A stretch of 64,000 nt of DNA, taken from contig OZ320321.1 in assembly GCA_976226885.1 (NCBI GenBank), forward strand, positions 57,908,001-57,972,000. Reading direction: 5' to 3'. Position 1 is the stretch's first letter. Each line of letters begins with the position of its first letter. Shown piece after piece: positions 15,351 to 30,761 of the stretch. The position numbers were made by a program, and so were the translations under genes. Under the pieces are notes generated by a model, which saw only the letters and a list, made by a program, of their open reading frames with translations, did not search any database and was not told the origin of the DNA. This DNA comes from Iphione sp. A-MEVVRFRX5. Its lineage: Eukaryota.

Positions 15351-18300
15351 TCCAGGCATTTTAATCTGAGGCAAATATAATTATATGCAATGTGGAAAAA
15401 AGTACCTTGCAATTTCTTAGCTTTGCACTTATGAAGCAGCATAGCCACTTTGAACAGAGGTCCTACCACGCCTATAACTTAGACCCAACTCTACACACAT
15501 ACCCACATGCACACACATACACACCTGGGAGAAGCAGGACCATCCCCCCGTGCAGCCACCCACGTGAAAGGGGTCAATCCCGCTCCTTTTAAGACACGCG
15601 CTAACCACAGGGTGGTCGCCACGCCACCTGCATTGAGTTAAGGGTACCAATCCGGGCCGATTCACCTTGGCCGCGAGGTGGTGTTGGTGCCTGGGGGAGG
15701 GGAGGGGGGGTCTTTAACGATCTCGACCGGAGTCGTGGGACCTCCATTAGGCGTGGGCCATTGGTCGTTCCAGTGTTGTGATTGAAAATGGATAATTTGC
15801 TCGGTAAATGGGCGCTTCTGTTCCGATTTTATGCCAGGGAGCACATTGGGCGGGGACGTTATGCCGGAGGGTTGGCGGGGTAAAAGGGCTGAGGTTGTCG
15901 TGAGGGGCACAGTAGAGCCCTTGCCTTACCGGGGGCTCCATTGAGGGGGCCTGTGATGTTAAGAAGGGCATGCAAGGATCGCGAGGATCATAGATTAGGC
16001 GCCGGACAAAGATGGTTGGCAATAGGTTCTTTCCGAGAGCGAGGCATGCAAGGCGCCAATGACTCGACTTGAAGGAATGGATTGGCACCTTCATGGCTTA
16101 AGATGGCTACAGGTTCGATCTATTCCTACATATGGCGCCTATCCTTATGTGAGAGGTAGGGGTTGTCGGCCAGAGCCCTTCCATTCAATTGCCTACGTGC
16201 TTTCTGGACCCTCGAGTTTAGTGGCCTCTTTAAGATCCATTAGTCTGTCAAGGGGTACTACAACTTCACGAATAGATACCACTTCGGTATCACAAAAACT
16301 GAAGTGAATCTAGTGATAGAGAAAGACCAATTCTGCTACTAATGTTATGCATAGAAATAGATAATTTATCATATTACACCATGATCTATTTTAACTTGTT
16401 CAAGATTACAGTCTACCAAAACTTTAATAACATACTGCACCTTTGGACAGAACGAAGAAAGAAACCTCACCGAAATAAAAGGTATGGGGAATTCTGAGGA
16501 CATAGCTAAGACATGTGGAAGAAACACGGTTTCTCGGACTGTCTTTCTTATTGTAACATTTAACATGGTGAATATTTTGGAAACAGGACATTTGAATAGA
16601 ATCACAAGGACAGGAATGCAGTCCTCTTCCGGCTTGTAAATCATTCTGTCCTTTTGTAATTATTTGTATTTATACAATCTAACCGTATTTATTTGAAGGC
16701 CATTAAATAATCTGGAAACAGGTTGTCATCAAATGTCATAAAAAAATATTTCTGACATTCATTCCAAGGCTATTGTAATTATTCTTCAAAAGGGAACGAG
16801 CCGTTAAGAACATTAAAAATATAAAGGAAGTAACTCAGTTTTGAAGCAGAATTTGATTAATGTGCTTTTAGGAGCTGCGAGATTATCTATTATTCACGTC
16901 TTAGACCATACCGCAGCATATGGAAAGACACCACACAATGTTTGACATTTTCCATGAAGCAATACATCTCTGCTTTCTGTGTTGAAGGCAACGTTAAAAT
17001 ATTCATTTTTACACATGATGTAGGATGAAAGATGCCAAAGTATGTCTTTTCTGTATACGTTATTGCCGAGTGCAGATTGTATATCTCTAAAAGCTATACC
17101 ATTTCCCCCTTTGTGTTCCGCTTTGAGTAGGTTTATGTTACCGTCATGTGAAGTCGGAAGAAGCTAATGCTTGGTCCTGTGCATAAGTTTACCTTATCCC
17201 CCCAACAGAGCAATTCCAGTCGCAGCAATAAAGAAAAACATGTCAGAAGCATATTCCTGAGTAGCCCCCCTCGGCAGTCACTCTTCGTTATATCGCGTCA
17301 TTGTCAGCTAACTAATGTGCCGACACTGCTGCGAATGAGGAAACTTTCCACATACTACTTGCCCTCTGGGATTTCAATTATTATGAGCTACGGGTCGCGT
17401 GCATTTCTCAGACATTTACTGCGTGTATATCACGCACGGCGTTGCGCACGCCATATGGTACCAAAACCGCACTCATATTTTTGCCTCTTGAACTCTGTAT
17501 GACTATAATGGGGTGTATACTTTGTAACTTTCCAGTCCATACATCCTGCACTTCAAGACATAATGCGTGATGGCGGGGAACCTATGGCGATGCAATGCAG
17601 ACATTGAATTACATCAGGGGGTGGGCTTGAAAAAATACATAGTGTACCCGTATTGGTAATATCCACACAAGGACTGAAGATATCACCTTTCTCTAACGCC
17701 GAATGATTGAGACACAAAGCGTTGTCTTTCTTGCGCGGAGAGGGGGCTGCAGGCATGATTGGAACGCACGCTCTGAAACGTTGATGCCGTCGAAGTGACA
17801 ACACTTGATCGGCCGTCTCATCAGGTGGGACAGTGACCGATGAGGTCCCAGTCTTCTCCGCCACGGCAGCGACGCAGACATCGGCTCCTGCTCGGGACAG
17901 TTGCCAGATGTTACACCGGTCTTATTTAAGTTGGCCGCAGGGCCCGTTGCGACCTTGGCGACTCCCTCCCTCTTTTCCTCTAAGACTGAGTTCATGTCCA
18001 TATTTAGGATTCTAACCTTTGCATGCTGTCGGAGCGTTTACCTTTTTACTCCTGCTTCGAGGATCGGTCCAACGACAGCATGTGGTGTTCAGACTGTTAC
18101 GAGTTTACAAAGTGAGGGTTGTTGATATTGGCGGAATCTTTGACGATTTTGCTAAGGTGCTATTGTTACAGAAGTTGCATTCCACGTTTTACAAATCTAC
18201 CATTCTCTAGGTATGAATCAGATATTATACGTTCGTGTGTGGTCGATAAGTTAAACAGTGGGGAAAAATAATCATAATTATGAAAATTATCTACATCTAT

Positions 18301-21300
18301 ACATGCACATGTATTATAAGTCTTTTTATGGGGATATGCATGTGCTTCCAGCGGAAATAAAAGTCAATTCAAACGAAAATTAATGTGTTCGTGTATTCTG
18401 CAAAAAAGTTCTTTCGCTAGACATACATGTAAGTTGCGCTTCCGTCCCTCTCTCAGTGAAGAGTCAGGAAACAAATGTGACCGAGCGTGGAGTGTAGTGA
18501 TCTACTGGCGGACTAAGCTGGTGTAAAGTGCGCCTCTGCCTGTGATCGGGATCCATGCCGGTCACAACGCTAAGTAAGTGCTAACACCTGGATCAGGGCG
18601 GGTCGCCCGGCCCAGGACCCCGGTAATCTCTGCCATATAGGGCCCGGCTCTGCCTCCTCCTTACTCCTCCTCATCCGGTCAGATGAGGTGCTATCCCGCT
18701 CGGCGAACGTCAGCCATCAAGCTACCAGGGGTGCAATACGTCTTCCCCCTGTCACGTGCTCTCGGGGACACACTCAACGAGGCCAATCAGCGACGAAATT
18801 CAGCTGCCACTTTGGAATGACGTCACATTCCGGCTAAATGGCATCGTTTGGATTGACTCACATTGGTTGGAGTGACAGGTGTGAGGCAGCGCCTGATCAA
18901 GGGGGGGGGGGGGGGGGTTGTACGTGGAAGGAGAGGGGGATCCGAATGAATCGAGAAGAAACCACTTAGGGTGTCCACTCGCAACGTTACAGCGGTAAAC
19001 AACTGACGACAGAAAGTCGAAGTGAGTTCGTGGGAAAAGTTTCGCCTTGTTCCGAGAGCGAGCTAGAGCCAACAGGTGCATGATAATCTTGGCAACTACT
19101 ACGCCAACAGGTTCCGCATTGTCCATCCTCTTATAAATCACGAGGTTACGTATTTAAAGTCAGTAACTTCTTGTATCTGATCCGTAAAAAAAATCAAGAA
19201 TCCAATAATTCATCTCCAATTAGATATGATCCCTTTCATTATTTTGATGAACTCCTGTGGGTTTTTAGGAATATTTTACCAGATTGGAGATATCAAATCA
19301 TATTAACTTAATTTTGTGCTCTTTTTAAAACAATCTTAGCTGGGCAGATTTTACATGTTTACAAAAAGGTTGTGACATGATTTGATAGGAATTTGGAGAT
19401 CAAATAAACAATACATAGGGGCCGATACGTGAAAAATGACGAAGATAGAGGAAGATACTAAGTTGCAGCAAGAAACCGCTTTAAACAGAACAAAGGCAAC
19501 AATTTAAAGGCAATGTGGATGAACTAATTAAATATAACATAATACCGAGACAAGACAGATAAGATTAATAGAGTAAGGAAAGAGTAGTATGGGTGTATTA
19601 TATCAAGATACAAGCAGTGATACATTTACTGATGATTGATTCAAACAGCATCGACTTTCAAATAATAGCAGACTGAAGACAGCTAATCCCGATTTGATTA
19701 ACTATGATCGAAACAACACAGAAACCTCAGTTTCGGAAAATAAGTGATACTGTCAGGAAACATTCATCTATTGTTTCTCGTTCTGTTCTCTTCGGCAAGT
19801 GCACAGGATCCAGATCTGACTAAGAAAAAGCTGTACACAACAAAATGGTCCTGAGTGGCTTCGTAGTTCCATTATACTATATTGTATCTGTTCCGTTGTT
19901 ACAATATTCAAAATCATATCGTTGTTACGCACTTCAGGGTGCCCGGCAGGAGAACAAAGGATTTTGCACAGAGGATGACATTTCCAAAGACATTGCTAAT
20001 ACATGTACCTATGTGTGTTTCCAGGCCCCCGCACGTATACCGCTTGTCGGACTCGTTAGGAAGATCGCGCAAAGGTCACATGACTCCTGCTGGGCATGCG
20101 CTGTGATGACGCGGGGATAAAGCGAAGCGCCATCAAACGGCTGTCGTGAAAGTTAGAGTGGAACCCTTGGGGCAGATACACAGGAGAAATTATCTTCGGG
20201 ACGAGCATCCGAGGAAGCTTGCTATTTCTATATCCGGACCAATGTTGCCATTTTGGAATGGAGGAGATAGCAGGATTATAAGGGAAGAATGCCATTGTGG
20301 ATAATGGCGCACGCAGGGCGGTTTTTCATCACGTGCAATCATCACATCGCGGGCTAGTCTTATTTTCTTATGGCATTATGATTTTTACCCACGGGATAAA
20401 GATTTAACGATACGGTCTGCGGTGCGTTTTAAAGTTCCCTTTTTGAAAAAAAAAAATCGCGGTTGTTGGGTACGGGGAAGGGAAAGACTTGCATGGGCTT
20501 CAAATCCCATCGTACTAGACGACCTCTGCCTTCAGCGTGAAGAATTAGAAGGCAGAATTGCGAATGCCGGACGGACGCCGATACGTTCAAGGCAGACGGC
20601 ATTTTGATTCATGATGGCTGGCGATGCTCCAGATTAGGACCAAAAGAGGGAAAAGTGCACGATAACAGAGGACGTCCCCGACAAAAAGGCGTGAATATAG
20701 CGCCTGGCTGAACCGGTTTATCGGCCGTTCACCGTTATACGAGTGTCGATGAAGTCGGTTAAGTGACAGGGCTGCGGCATCTCCATCAAACGTGCACTAT
20801 GAGGCAGGTGAGACGCAACATTCATTCGTGGGTAGCAACAAGTATATATACTGTCTCCTGAAGCTTCTCTGAAAAAAAGGTATTACATTAATAGCTGTTT
20901 AATTAACGAAACATACCTGTTGCTTGAGTGGGAAAATCTGCGTTATTAGATGGGGGGGCGTGAGGGGAACAAAGTGGAACGGCATACGGAAATAAAGATG
21001 ATGTGACCCAGAGGAAGAGAAATACGATAAAAAAACGCAAAGGGATACGAATATAGATCTGAAAAGACAGGTATACAGATCGGGCACGCTAACGGACACA
21101 TGGAGACTTCTGGAGATAGAGCCAACGCACAGTTGGTTAAAGGGAAACAATGGGATACACCACCCGGTCACATACCATGCTTCTGCACGTGATTCGTGCA
21201 TGCCCTCTTATTTTAGACTAAATATGGAAGCGTACGTTAATATGAGATCCACACTGCTACCGATGCAAATTGAATAAGCTCGGTATAAGTTATAAAACAA

Positions 21301-24300
21301 ATATTAATACTGGGCGTTTATATACAAACTTATAGCAATGCTATTCCAGAGAAGCAACCTTAGTTAATTATGAAAACAGAGGCCGCTGTTCAGGAATGCA
21401 AGTCCTTCAGGTAACGGCGACCGATCAACTAGTGAAGTGTGCAATAAAACTTTCGACTTTTATGCTAATCCAGAGGAAATAGTTTTAACAGAAGGGCCTT
21501 GTTATACCACTCTATTTATTTTGGTCCCCTAGCATGTTGTTAAAGAATGACTTACTTTAATACTCAGCTGTCATTCTCCACATGCTATGTCTTCGTCGTC
21601 AGATGCGTGTATTGGCGTGGACTTTGGGGACAGTTTTAAATGTGGGGTGATAAAAGAAATAGATCCAGCACCAAAAAGAACCTTTTCTCCGGGTTGATTG
21701 ATGTGTGCAATCTCCCGATTGGTATATATTGTATTGTTTACTGTAACCCTTACATGTTCATGTCCGTGTACATCTATTATTAATCTACATCATGAAGTAC
21801 TCACTCTATCTTTACACTTGCCTCTATGTTACAACCCTTCTATACTTTGCTCTCTAATTCATCTACCTCTGCCGCTGTGTGTGTTATCGCTCTTCCTCAT
21901 TCCATGCGTTCATTGGCTCGTATCTTTTGCCCCCCCCCCAGGCAAGAACGTGTGCCTCGCCGACGGCTGCCACTCCCACCGGTGCCCCAATCAAGCTGTC
22001 AACTGCGCTCAGCGAGCTCATCTCTTTGCTTCTATTTGTTACCCCCCGCGGGAGCCGAGGTGCTCGGCGGGTCACAATAGGGGTCGTTGCGAGTGGCGCA
22101 CTCTGATTGGCTGATAACAAGAGTTGAGGACAATCTTTGCCCCCCCCCTTTTTTTTACATGATGCTTGCGGAGATCCACAGACGTTGCTGGGCATCACGT
22201 AACATTTCCGATTCCCGTCCGACTAGCCCTCCCTTTACCCCCGCGAAAAAGCCCGATGTGTATACGTCAGGAGCGCAGGAGGTCAGTAAGCGTATGCTGC
22301 GCTTATGTTCAGATATAAATCATGCATGCGACTTACATCATCCCAGACATTGCCCTCAGGCACAGGAGGGGGACACAATCAGGTTAAGCAGCATATGACT
22401 TGCATGCTGCCGGATTAAAAGGGCGCCTGGCAATGTCGCTGCGCGGGCACAATTAAGGGTCAACCCCGATTTTTCTTCTCTCGGTAAAAATAAAATAACA
22501 TTTTTTTTTTCGAATCAGAAAGCGAAATGAGAGATTGACGACGGGAATGAAATGGACGAGGTCCTGAATTAATAGAAAGAAAACTTCTGCTGAGTCAAGA
22601 TTCAATAATTCTAAAGTTTTACCAATAAAATTACACACCACTTTGAAACAAAGCCTTCCTTAGGATCAGTGATGATATAGAATACCTTATATACGTTGTA
22701 CTAAAGTTGTATCCATTGCCAAAGGGACATCTGGAAAACTCTGTGTAATTGCACTGACTTGGCTTCCTTGCTCAAGCAAGGCCATGGGTTACTGCCGAAG
22801 GAATGGTCCATGTAGACACTACCAGGGCCGAAAGCCGGCGGCGGCTCCAAGCTGGCTCGTTGATGGTTTATGCATGAACGTGTAAATGGCTACATATCCT
22901 CTACTGCACCCTCGCTGCCATTAAGTGATGAACGGGCAGGGGGAATTCGTTGACAGTGGCCAACTGGGGAGATGCCCTCATTTTAGCGCCAGTCTATTCT
23001 AGGTTAAAGGCGTTGGAAATGCCCCGTGGTAGAGACGTGCGGAGGTAATTGAAACAATTAGTGTGCATTTACATGTGGCAATACCTGGAAGAGAACTTCG
23101 CGAAAGGCCAACCGGGATATTTCGGTGGAACTGATTTCTGCAGAAAATAATGAGTGGGGTGACATGAAATCTAACTTCCCTTATACAAAGATAGGACATT
23201 GTCTTCATGAAGAGAACAGTGAGAACGGCGGAGGTGGGGGTGGGGAAGGACTGTTTGTGCCATCAACTTACAAAATAGTTATGGGATATTCCCATTGAGT
23301 ACTTCTACCGTCTTTCCTTAAATCAGAGGGCCGTTCATGTAGTGATTGGCAGGGCCCATACAGCCCGGATCCTAACCCCGCCGCTCATGAAAGCTCCTTG
23401 CACACACGGTGTAAAGAATATAAATGTGCTTCTCCGGAGTAGAATGCTCGCCTGACAGCGGGTAGGATGTAGCACCACTGTTGCGTTAATCAGTATCTCC
23501 TTCCCCACCCACCCACCCGCCCCGGTACACCCGACATTGATGTGAGTGGGAGCTTCTGTGCGTACAGCGTCAGAGAGACGCTTGCATAAAGCATCAATGT
23601 CGATAAATATTGGTGGGGCAGGCCTCACCTTGCCTCTCTGCATCTTCAGTACCCATCGGGACATCTTATATGTTCTTAACATTGTTTTGCGCCACTCAAA
23701 TTGTCCATGAATGGGTTTTATCTCTGTGAAATATGTCCCTCTAGCAGTGTATAGGGATTCCTCTGGTCGGCTGCACTTTGGTCCGTACCTGACAACTTTA
23801 CGGATGTATAACCTGTCAAGAACGATTTCCCCATTCGGTTGGCCGCGAATTCTATCCAGGCTGTCAGTCTACACTGTGCATTGACTGTAGACTGATGCAC
23901 TCGTCATTGGCCTAAAAGAAGACTGCCACACGATAAAGATGAAGAACAACACCAAACAAGCGAAGTGAAGACAAGCATGAAATAAAGAAGACGCCATGAG
24001 CGGACGGAAGGCTTCCGGTGCGATCCGGAAACAAAATGAATATATTATCATAAACAGGGGCGGTATTTGTCCGTCAAGATAGTCTGTTTCCAATCCTTTC
24101 TCAACAGTATATACAACACCAAGGTATCTTGGGCTACATGTGTGGTCATGGCAAGTGAATGTATGGGATACATTTAAGGCTTGTAAAAATAATCGTTATT
24201 GTAAGTGTAAGCAAATACCCTGAAAAATCTTTCCTTCCGTGCCCCATTGCCACATGATTCTCGTCCGCTACCCCAGCAGTTGCCTTCATACAAAGCGATT

Positions 24301-24392
24301 GAGTTCTCCGCCTAAAAACAAACACCCTGGGACACGCGTGGCCATGATTTATGGCCGCCAGGTATTGATTGCAGGCAAATCTGTAGGGACCG

Positions 24393-24406
24393 TGGGAATT
24401 GTAGTC
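24393..24406. promoter_or_regulatory. ZNF143/Staf-associated ACTACAATTCCCA motif (reverse strand)
   Basis: The plus strand reads TGGGAATTGTAGTC, an exact match, next to a GC-rich low-complexity tract. Confidence 0.4.
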
Positions 24407-25259
24407 GCCGCCCCCCCCCCCTTCCCTCCTTCTCCTCCTCCTCGTCCTCCTCGTCCTATCACCATCGCCGTCCAACAACATCGAACCACCGACCCACTCA
24501 CCCCCCCATCCCGAAAACCACCCACAGTCAGTCCAGCGACATGGTAAAGGAGCCATTGCACCAGTAGACATATACATCACCCAAGCGTCAAACCCCTGCC
24601 CTAACTCATAGTGCCCATCCATCCAACCAACGGTCTGCCTACCACCACTAAAGCACCCTTCGGCTGTTATGAAGCACCCACGTAACACTTAAAACACTAT
24701 GGCACTGCCAAAGCATGTATCCACCGTCAGACTATGCATGGACGGCTCAAGTCAGACGTACACAGCCTCTATCGTCCTCAAGGAACCCAACTTCCCAGCC
24801 GCCACAATACACCCAGCCAATGCCTGACCACGAGAGCAGTACAGAGACAGTGTCTAAACCGCCGACAAAAGTCATTCAGTTTTCACCTCCCTCCTCGACC
24901 CAAACGGCCATCCAGAACCAAGCCCCAAGCCACCAACTGCCATCTCCAGCAGCTGTGATGCCGGAGACAGCCATATCAGCAGTCCCATCCGGGCCCGACC
25001 GCAGGCGTCCTGGTAGGCGAGGACGGTTCCTCCAGGGGAAGGAACATGTCCACTCTGTCCATAAAACCCCTTGCATCATCAACGTCCCAGAAAACAGGGA
25101 AAAATCCCACGCCGGTCTCGGCTGAGTCTAGAGGGTGGCCTTCTCTCCACTTTGCCCATGAAATGCGTCCCTCCTGGGACGTCGCCCTCTAGACGAGTTT
25201 CGCGCTCTGTGTTTTGTCGCGATTTTATGATTGGCAATAGAATTAAGACAGACGAAAGC

Positions 25260-25306
25260 GGAGGAGGAGAAGGAGGAGGAGGAGGAGGAGGAGGAGGAGG
25301 AGGAGG
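25260..25306. repeat. (GGA)n microsatellite
   Basis: About 15 units with one interruption. Confidence 0.95.
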
Positions 25307-28300
25307 CGTGGTGGGTATGAAGGGCGGTGGGCCGGTAACGCGTACTGCTGGGACACGTAGGCGCAGCAGTAGGTAGGAGGCCCAGGCGTTGGAATGGGTC
25401 AAGAGGGGAGTATCAATAACTCAAACAATGGACGTAATTACTGCTAAGTGCCACTGTTGGTTGATTAATGCACAACAGGGGAGAACAGATAATGGGGTCA
25501 GTCGGCCGATGTAGAGTGTTCGCCGGCGTAGGGACATCTATATTGTGGGAGCGGGTCGCCATAGGATGAGCCACTCAGAGCAGATGTTCCGCTCACCCCG
25601 TGCCGCGAGGCTTGCGTGACGGTCACATGGGTGGGTCACGTGAACCCAGCCTGCGTCGATTGGGCCACGTTTGATGCTCACATCGTTTTAGGGATAGACC
25701 CTCCTTATTTACTGTTTTTTACATCAAATCTTGCGAGTGGCGAATAATCAGTTGGGCAAAGATATCTGTCCGCGTTTGAAGAGGTTGAAGGTTGACCTTT
25801 GTACCAGCCTTTTATCGTTTCATGAAGTATTATTACAGATTGCAGAAAGAGTACCACAAATCATGCGATCATGTAGGCCTATGTCTCAATTCAGTGTAAA
25901 ATCGCGCCATAGCTTGAGCATTGGTGCCTTATTGGTAAATCATTAGCTTAAACTTTTGAGTCTACATCCGCATTTTCCTGATATTTTCAGTAATCCCATG
26001 GCATTTATAGGTGTTATTTGCCTAGAGCAATTACAGTTGAGCATTTCATTCTCCAAGTATTGTAATCAATATTTATATAGCTTTTCTGCCTTGAAGAGAA
26101 AATTTTGTGACAGTCATTATGTGTAAGCACTTCCTGAACATTGCATCTTCCAATGCTGGAAACATCCACATCTTCACTAATAAAATAATTCCACTAATGC
26201 GCCAACACACTGTCATTAAGGGATATCATGGTGATAAAAAGAATCCATTTCATCTTTATGCAAATTGTCCATCACAAATTAAATTCGTAAATAGTAATTA
26301 TCCTCATGGACTGGATGACAATGAAAAGTCATTAGTATAGGACAAGGAATAATGGACTCATTACAGCACATCTCGACATGAATGTTTCTCCAACATATGC
26401 CATCCTGCAGAAGATATAGTGTGCATGCATGGGACTGGCTGGTACTAACAAGGACATAGTTTTTTTTCAACTAGTTTCATTGTGGTGGTTGACTGTATTT
26501 GGTTGATACGAATACAACTGTCACGAAATATGTTGGATAAAGAAAGTTAAGCCTCCTTATTCGCACCGCTGTGTTAAATGGCATTTTGTTCTGATAAAAA
26601 GACATGATATGGTTACTGGAAGAAGTAAAGAGAGGAAAATCACCCTTTTCAATTCAGTCATATTCACAGTAAATTGTTAAGCATACACTGAGTGTTTCCA
26701 TTCTCAGACCAGGGCCTGATGGAGAAATTAAGGTGATGGTATCGTTTGGTCTAATTTTATCCTTGCTTTTTATTACATTGTGGAAAGCATTTTTCAAACT
26801 TTTAAATACGTCCCTTAAGCTACAACACAGATAACATAGTGGATTATACATCCATATTGTCTCCTATTCAGAGAACTTCCTCAAAGGAGATGCGTTTCAT
26901 CTCGTTTGGAATATAACGGAGGCATAATGTTAAAAGTATGCCCTCAAGAGGTGGTAAACAGTGAGCGAAATGAGAATCGTTTCATTATTGCTTCACCTTC
27001 GGTGTTACCAGGGGTAATCTTCAATATCAACTGGAAAATTCCGATGAACCTACACAAAATGTATGCATCATTGGCGACCCCTTTTCAACCAAATGTTCCT
27101 TCACGATAACATGTATACAGCGGCCTTCGAAGTGCTCGAATGTAAGAGACGTCAACTCCATGCGTGCCTGGTGGTTTTTCAAAACGGAAAACGCAGAAAA
27201 GAAGACCATTCGGAGTATACAGTCTAATAAACCAAAGAGAAAATAGGAGGCCGGAGGGGAGCAACCTCTGTAACAGACGGTAATGTTAAAGGACAAGACT
27301 CGGTGGGATTCTCTGAGCGGTACATTGTTAGCTGATACCATGCTTGTCATCGATCTATAGACGAGACAAAAGTGCAACCCTATCCTCTGGGGAGTTTCCA
27401 GACTGATGACGGGAATAGTCCCTTAATTCTAGGGAGGTCATTTCGGTGTGCCTCTGGTGAGTGTATATAAGTACATTTATGGATTAAACTATACCAGATC
27501 TGCAACAAAAAGCAGTGTAGAAATTACATTAGTAGGCAATCATTAAACCCGGTAAACTGTTCGGATAATGTGTACTGTCATATGCATCAAGTAATTAGAT
27601 TGCCTCACTTCACTTTCCTTGACGTTCAGTTAAAGGCTTTTAGACCCGTTTATCCTCATAATTATACAGATACCACTACAAAAACCCCTGATCTGCCAAA
27701 TTAAACCGTATATTTGTACTCTTGCCTTGTCTCCCATTTCCTCCACCAATCGTCAATACTACAAGATTATGTATACATATGTACACACGTAAATATGTAA
27801 CTATTCATATTGCATGAAATTTATGAGTTTCCACGAAATTTATCTTGCCATTCAAGTTTTATGTTTCGCTCCGTAAGAGCCTTTCAGCGAAGTCAAACCT
27901 CCAATGGTATAATGGGTGGCCACTTTTCCTATAGTGGGCACAATTCCTTCTTACTATGCGTTATTTCTTCAGTATAAATTGTGGGCAGCTTTGCATGTAA
28001 TAGGACATTAAGTGCCTCTAGTCCTGTCTTCAGGGTGCTGACAGCGGTTCGTGGTATAGAATGAAGAGCGTTCAGCTTGCTTTGATAGCATCGCCCTTAA
28101 CGATGGCATTCTTATCCAAATGAGTCTTCGCCCCCACTTAAAGCAACAAAGCATACGCCTTGAAAATGGCCATTACAGCCCAAGGGGGGAACTGCCAGAA
28201 TGCAGTTACCGTGTGAAAATTAGCGAATACAGATCGCCTCTCGTGGATCCCGAGCCCGTCTCCGTAAGCACCTCGCTCGCAAAAGGCGAGCTTTCCCATG

Positions 28301-30250
28301 TGATGGTTGGTGACGGATGGTGCATTCGCACGGCCGACACCAAAAATATGACACAATTAGTTTAATAGGGAGCGTTATTAGCAGTCGGGGGGGGGTGTTG
28401 CTGACGTCCGAGTCTCGATAGATGGTCCCAGGAGGCTCTGGTCCATCCGTCATGTTTGTTAACTGACGAAGGGAGTTGTCGGTTGGGTTTCGATGACATA
28501 ATAAAGGAAGGAGTCAAGGTGGGGGGGAACTCAACTGGCAACTAACGTGTGTGGAAGGCTTTGTGGTCTAGTTCTTTTAAAGGTACGCAGGCTGCTCGTA
28601 TATCAAGGGGAAAAAGTTAAATGGATGACCTGATTTTGCACCGACAAGCTGGTGTTTTTGTTTGTGATACTAGGTTGCCTCAGAGGCCTCATAGTTTAGT
28701 GTGAGATGTCATATGACAGGTGGTGGTGGGAATAACGCATGGGATGACATGGTTACTGATTCCATTGATGAGTTCCTGGTGTGGTTTGAGATGTGCTAGC
28801 GATGCTGGAGAGAGGGAGAGGACGAGAATGTGGCACCACAGTTTGCATGCGAGATTAGCGATTGAATTTGGGATGTGCTCGTTGTAGCAGTGAGTCGTCA
28901 CAGTGAGTGGAGGGAGAGTGGAAGAATTACAGGTTTCATCTAAGGGTTACTTAGCAGGTCAACTTAGGATGGCTTCGTGAGTGATGATTTAGAGAAGAAT
29001 GTTGGGCATGGGAGCTGATGCATTGCTGGTTGCATCAAGGGATAGTTATTTAGTTTCAGATGACACGGTAGTTAATAGTGATTGGGATAGGGTCATTGGA
29101 ATAGAACTGAAGCAGCGCACCTTGTGCAAAAGAATTAAAAGTTTAGTTTCTAGATACACTGTATCCTAATTGGTGGTGGTATTTGGAATAGTGAGACATC
29201 GAAGACGAGGTTCTACAGACAGCACCAAGGAGCCGGTGGCTTCATTTGAAATATCACATTGTATGTCGGTGGTAAGAGAGTATACCTTCAAATCTCTCTT
29301 ACCACCAACAAAAAGACTGTCAAACCACCAGCCAAAAGGCAAGTAAACTTTCAGTTAAGGTGAATGAATTTCAACGACATATAATTGCAGCCTTATTCGC
29401 GAGGGTGATCCACAAATAGGCCTGATGAGAAGGCTCTTCAGCATACCACAGTGCTAAGTGGGATAAACATACTGGGCATTTCGAGAGGTATTTATAACAC
29501 CTAGCTATTATATCTATACCTACTTGTTTTCTCCCCACTCAACCTTCGCAAGTGTGTTTCAACTGATTTCATTCAGATGACAGGATGTTTATTATTACAG
29601 ACAATCCCATCAATACCAACGTTGTCCTGTCTGCGGCAAAAGCACAGTAGCAAAGCAGCAGGAGCACTAGGTACATCATAGCCGGAGGAGTTAATAGAGG
29701 GAGGCCATCAAAAAGTAGCAAGAGCAATAGACCTAGGACATAAACATAGCAGGAGCAATAGGCCTAGGTTCATCACCGCAGCAGAAGCAGATGGCTTCGT
29801 GGCCATAGTGTATGTACCCAAACCACTGCAAGACTTACTCCCCTAGAGAAGATACCTAGCAGTGGTAGCAGACACCTTGGTGGCTACTGGGGCATGTAGT
29901 AATAGCAATCTCCAATTGAGGGTCACCTCCAGACAACGATCATAACAGGCCAAAACTGCAGCTGGCATTTTGAGAGAGTTACTACCGCACTTTCATGTAC
30001 AAGTCGAAAAGTTGTGCAGTCCCTCCAAAGATATTTACTGAACATAATGGAACATTGGCATATATATTGGGCATGATAGGATGAGACTTTAATAGCGAGT
30101 CAATGGTTCCTCCCTGGGAAATTCTGTTTTCTTAGTTAAAATGGTGAACAATGACGCTAAAGCTTTCGTGGGCATCTGTGACACCATTAATAGCAGTGAA
30201 TTCTTTTTTTTACTTCAAAATCCTATGCATTGTCTTTACCATGAGATAGA

Positions 30251-30280
30251 TTTTTTTTTTTTTTTTTTTATATCTTTATT
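30251..30280 (-). terminator. Polyadenylation signal and retrotransposed poly(A) tail of the LINE
   Basis: The minus strand reads AATAAAGATAT followed by 19 A (plus strand T19 ATATCTTTATT). Confidence 0.9.
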
Positions 30281-30761
30281 CACCTGATGGGTTATACATT
30301 GCGTACATTTTGTCAGGTCTCTGTCATAGTTATGTTCACATTACAGTTATATATACACTGGATGGTAGGATATAATACAGTCTATTTCAGGGTGGTTTGA
30401 TGTGGTTTCTTTACTGTTCTACTATTGGAGTGTGGCAGTTTTCCAGGGATCAGACAGCCGCCCAAAGTCCCCTGATGCTGCTGACTGGATAATTCTGACG
30501 GTGCATGGACATTAGCCCTTTGCCCCACTTGTCAGCTACGTATTTATCGTACCTTATCTTAGCTACTCAGATTTGAGGTATGTGGTATGTATTGTGTTGT
30601 GTTGTGTGAAGGCGAGTGAGGTGATTTTCCATGTATTATTGTTGCTCATTTCCTAGTGATAGACAGTAGCCCAATCACCTGCAGCCTGCATGGTACCGTT
30701 GTGATGGACAATAGCCCAGTCACTTTAGCATCCTGCGTTGGTCTTCTCGAGTCAATTCCTC

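Noticed and set aside
17553-18001. Overlapping ~100-aa minus-strand ORFs
   Set aside because: No shared frame, no motifs and no convincing splice sites; probably GC-rich non-coding DNA.
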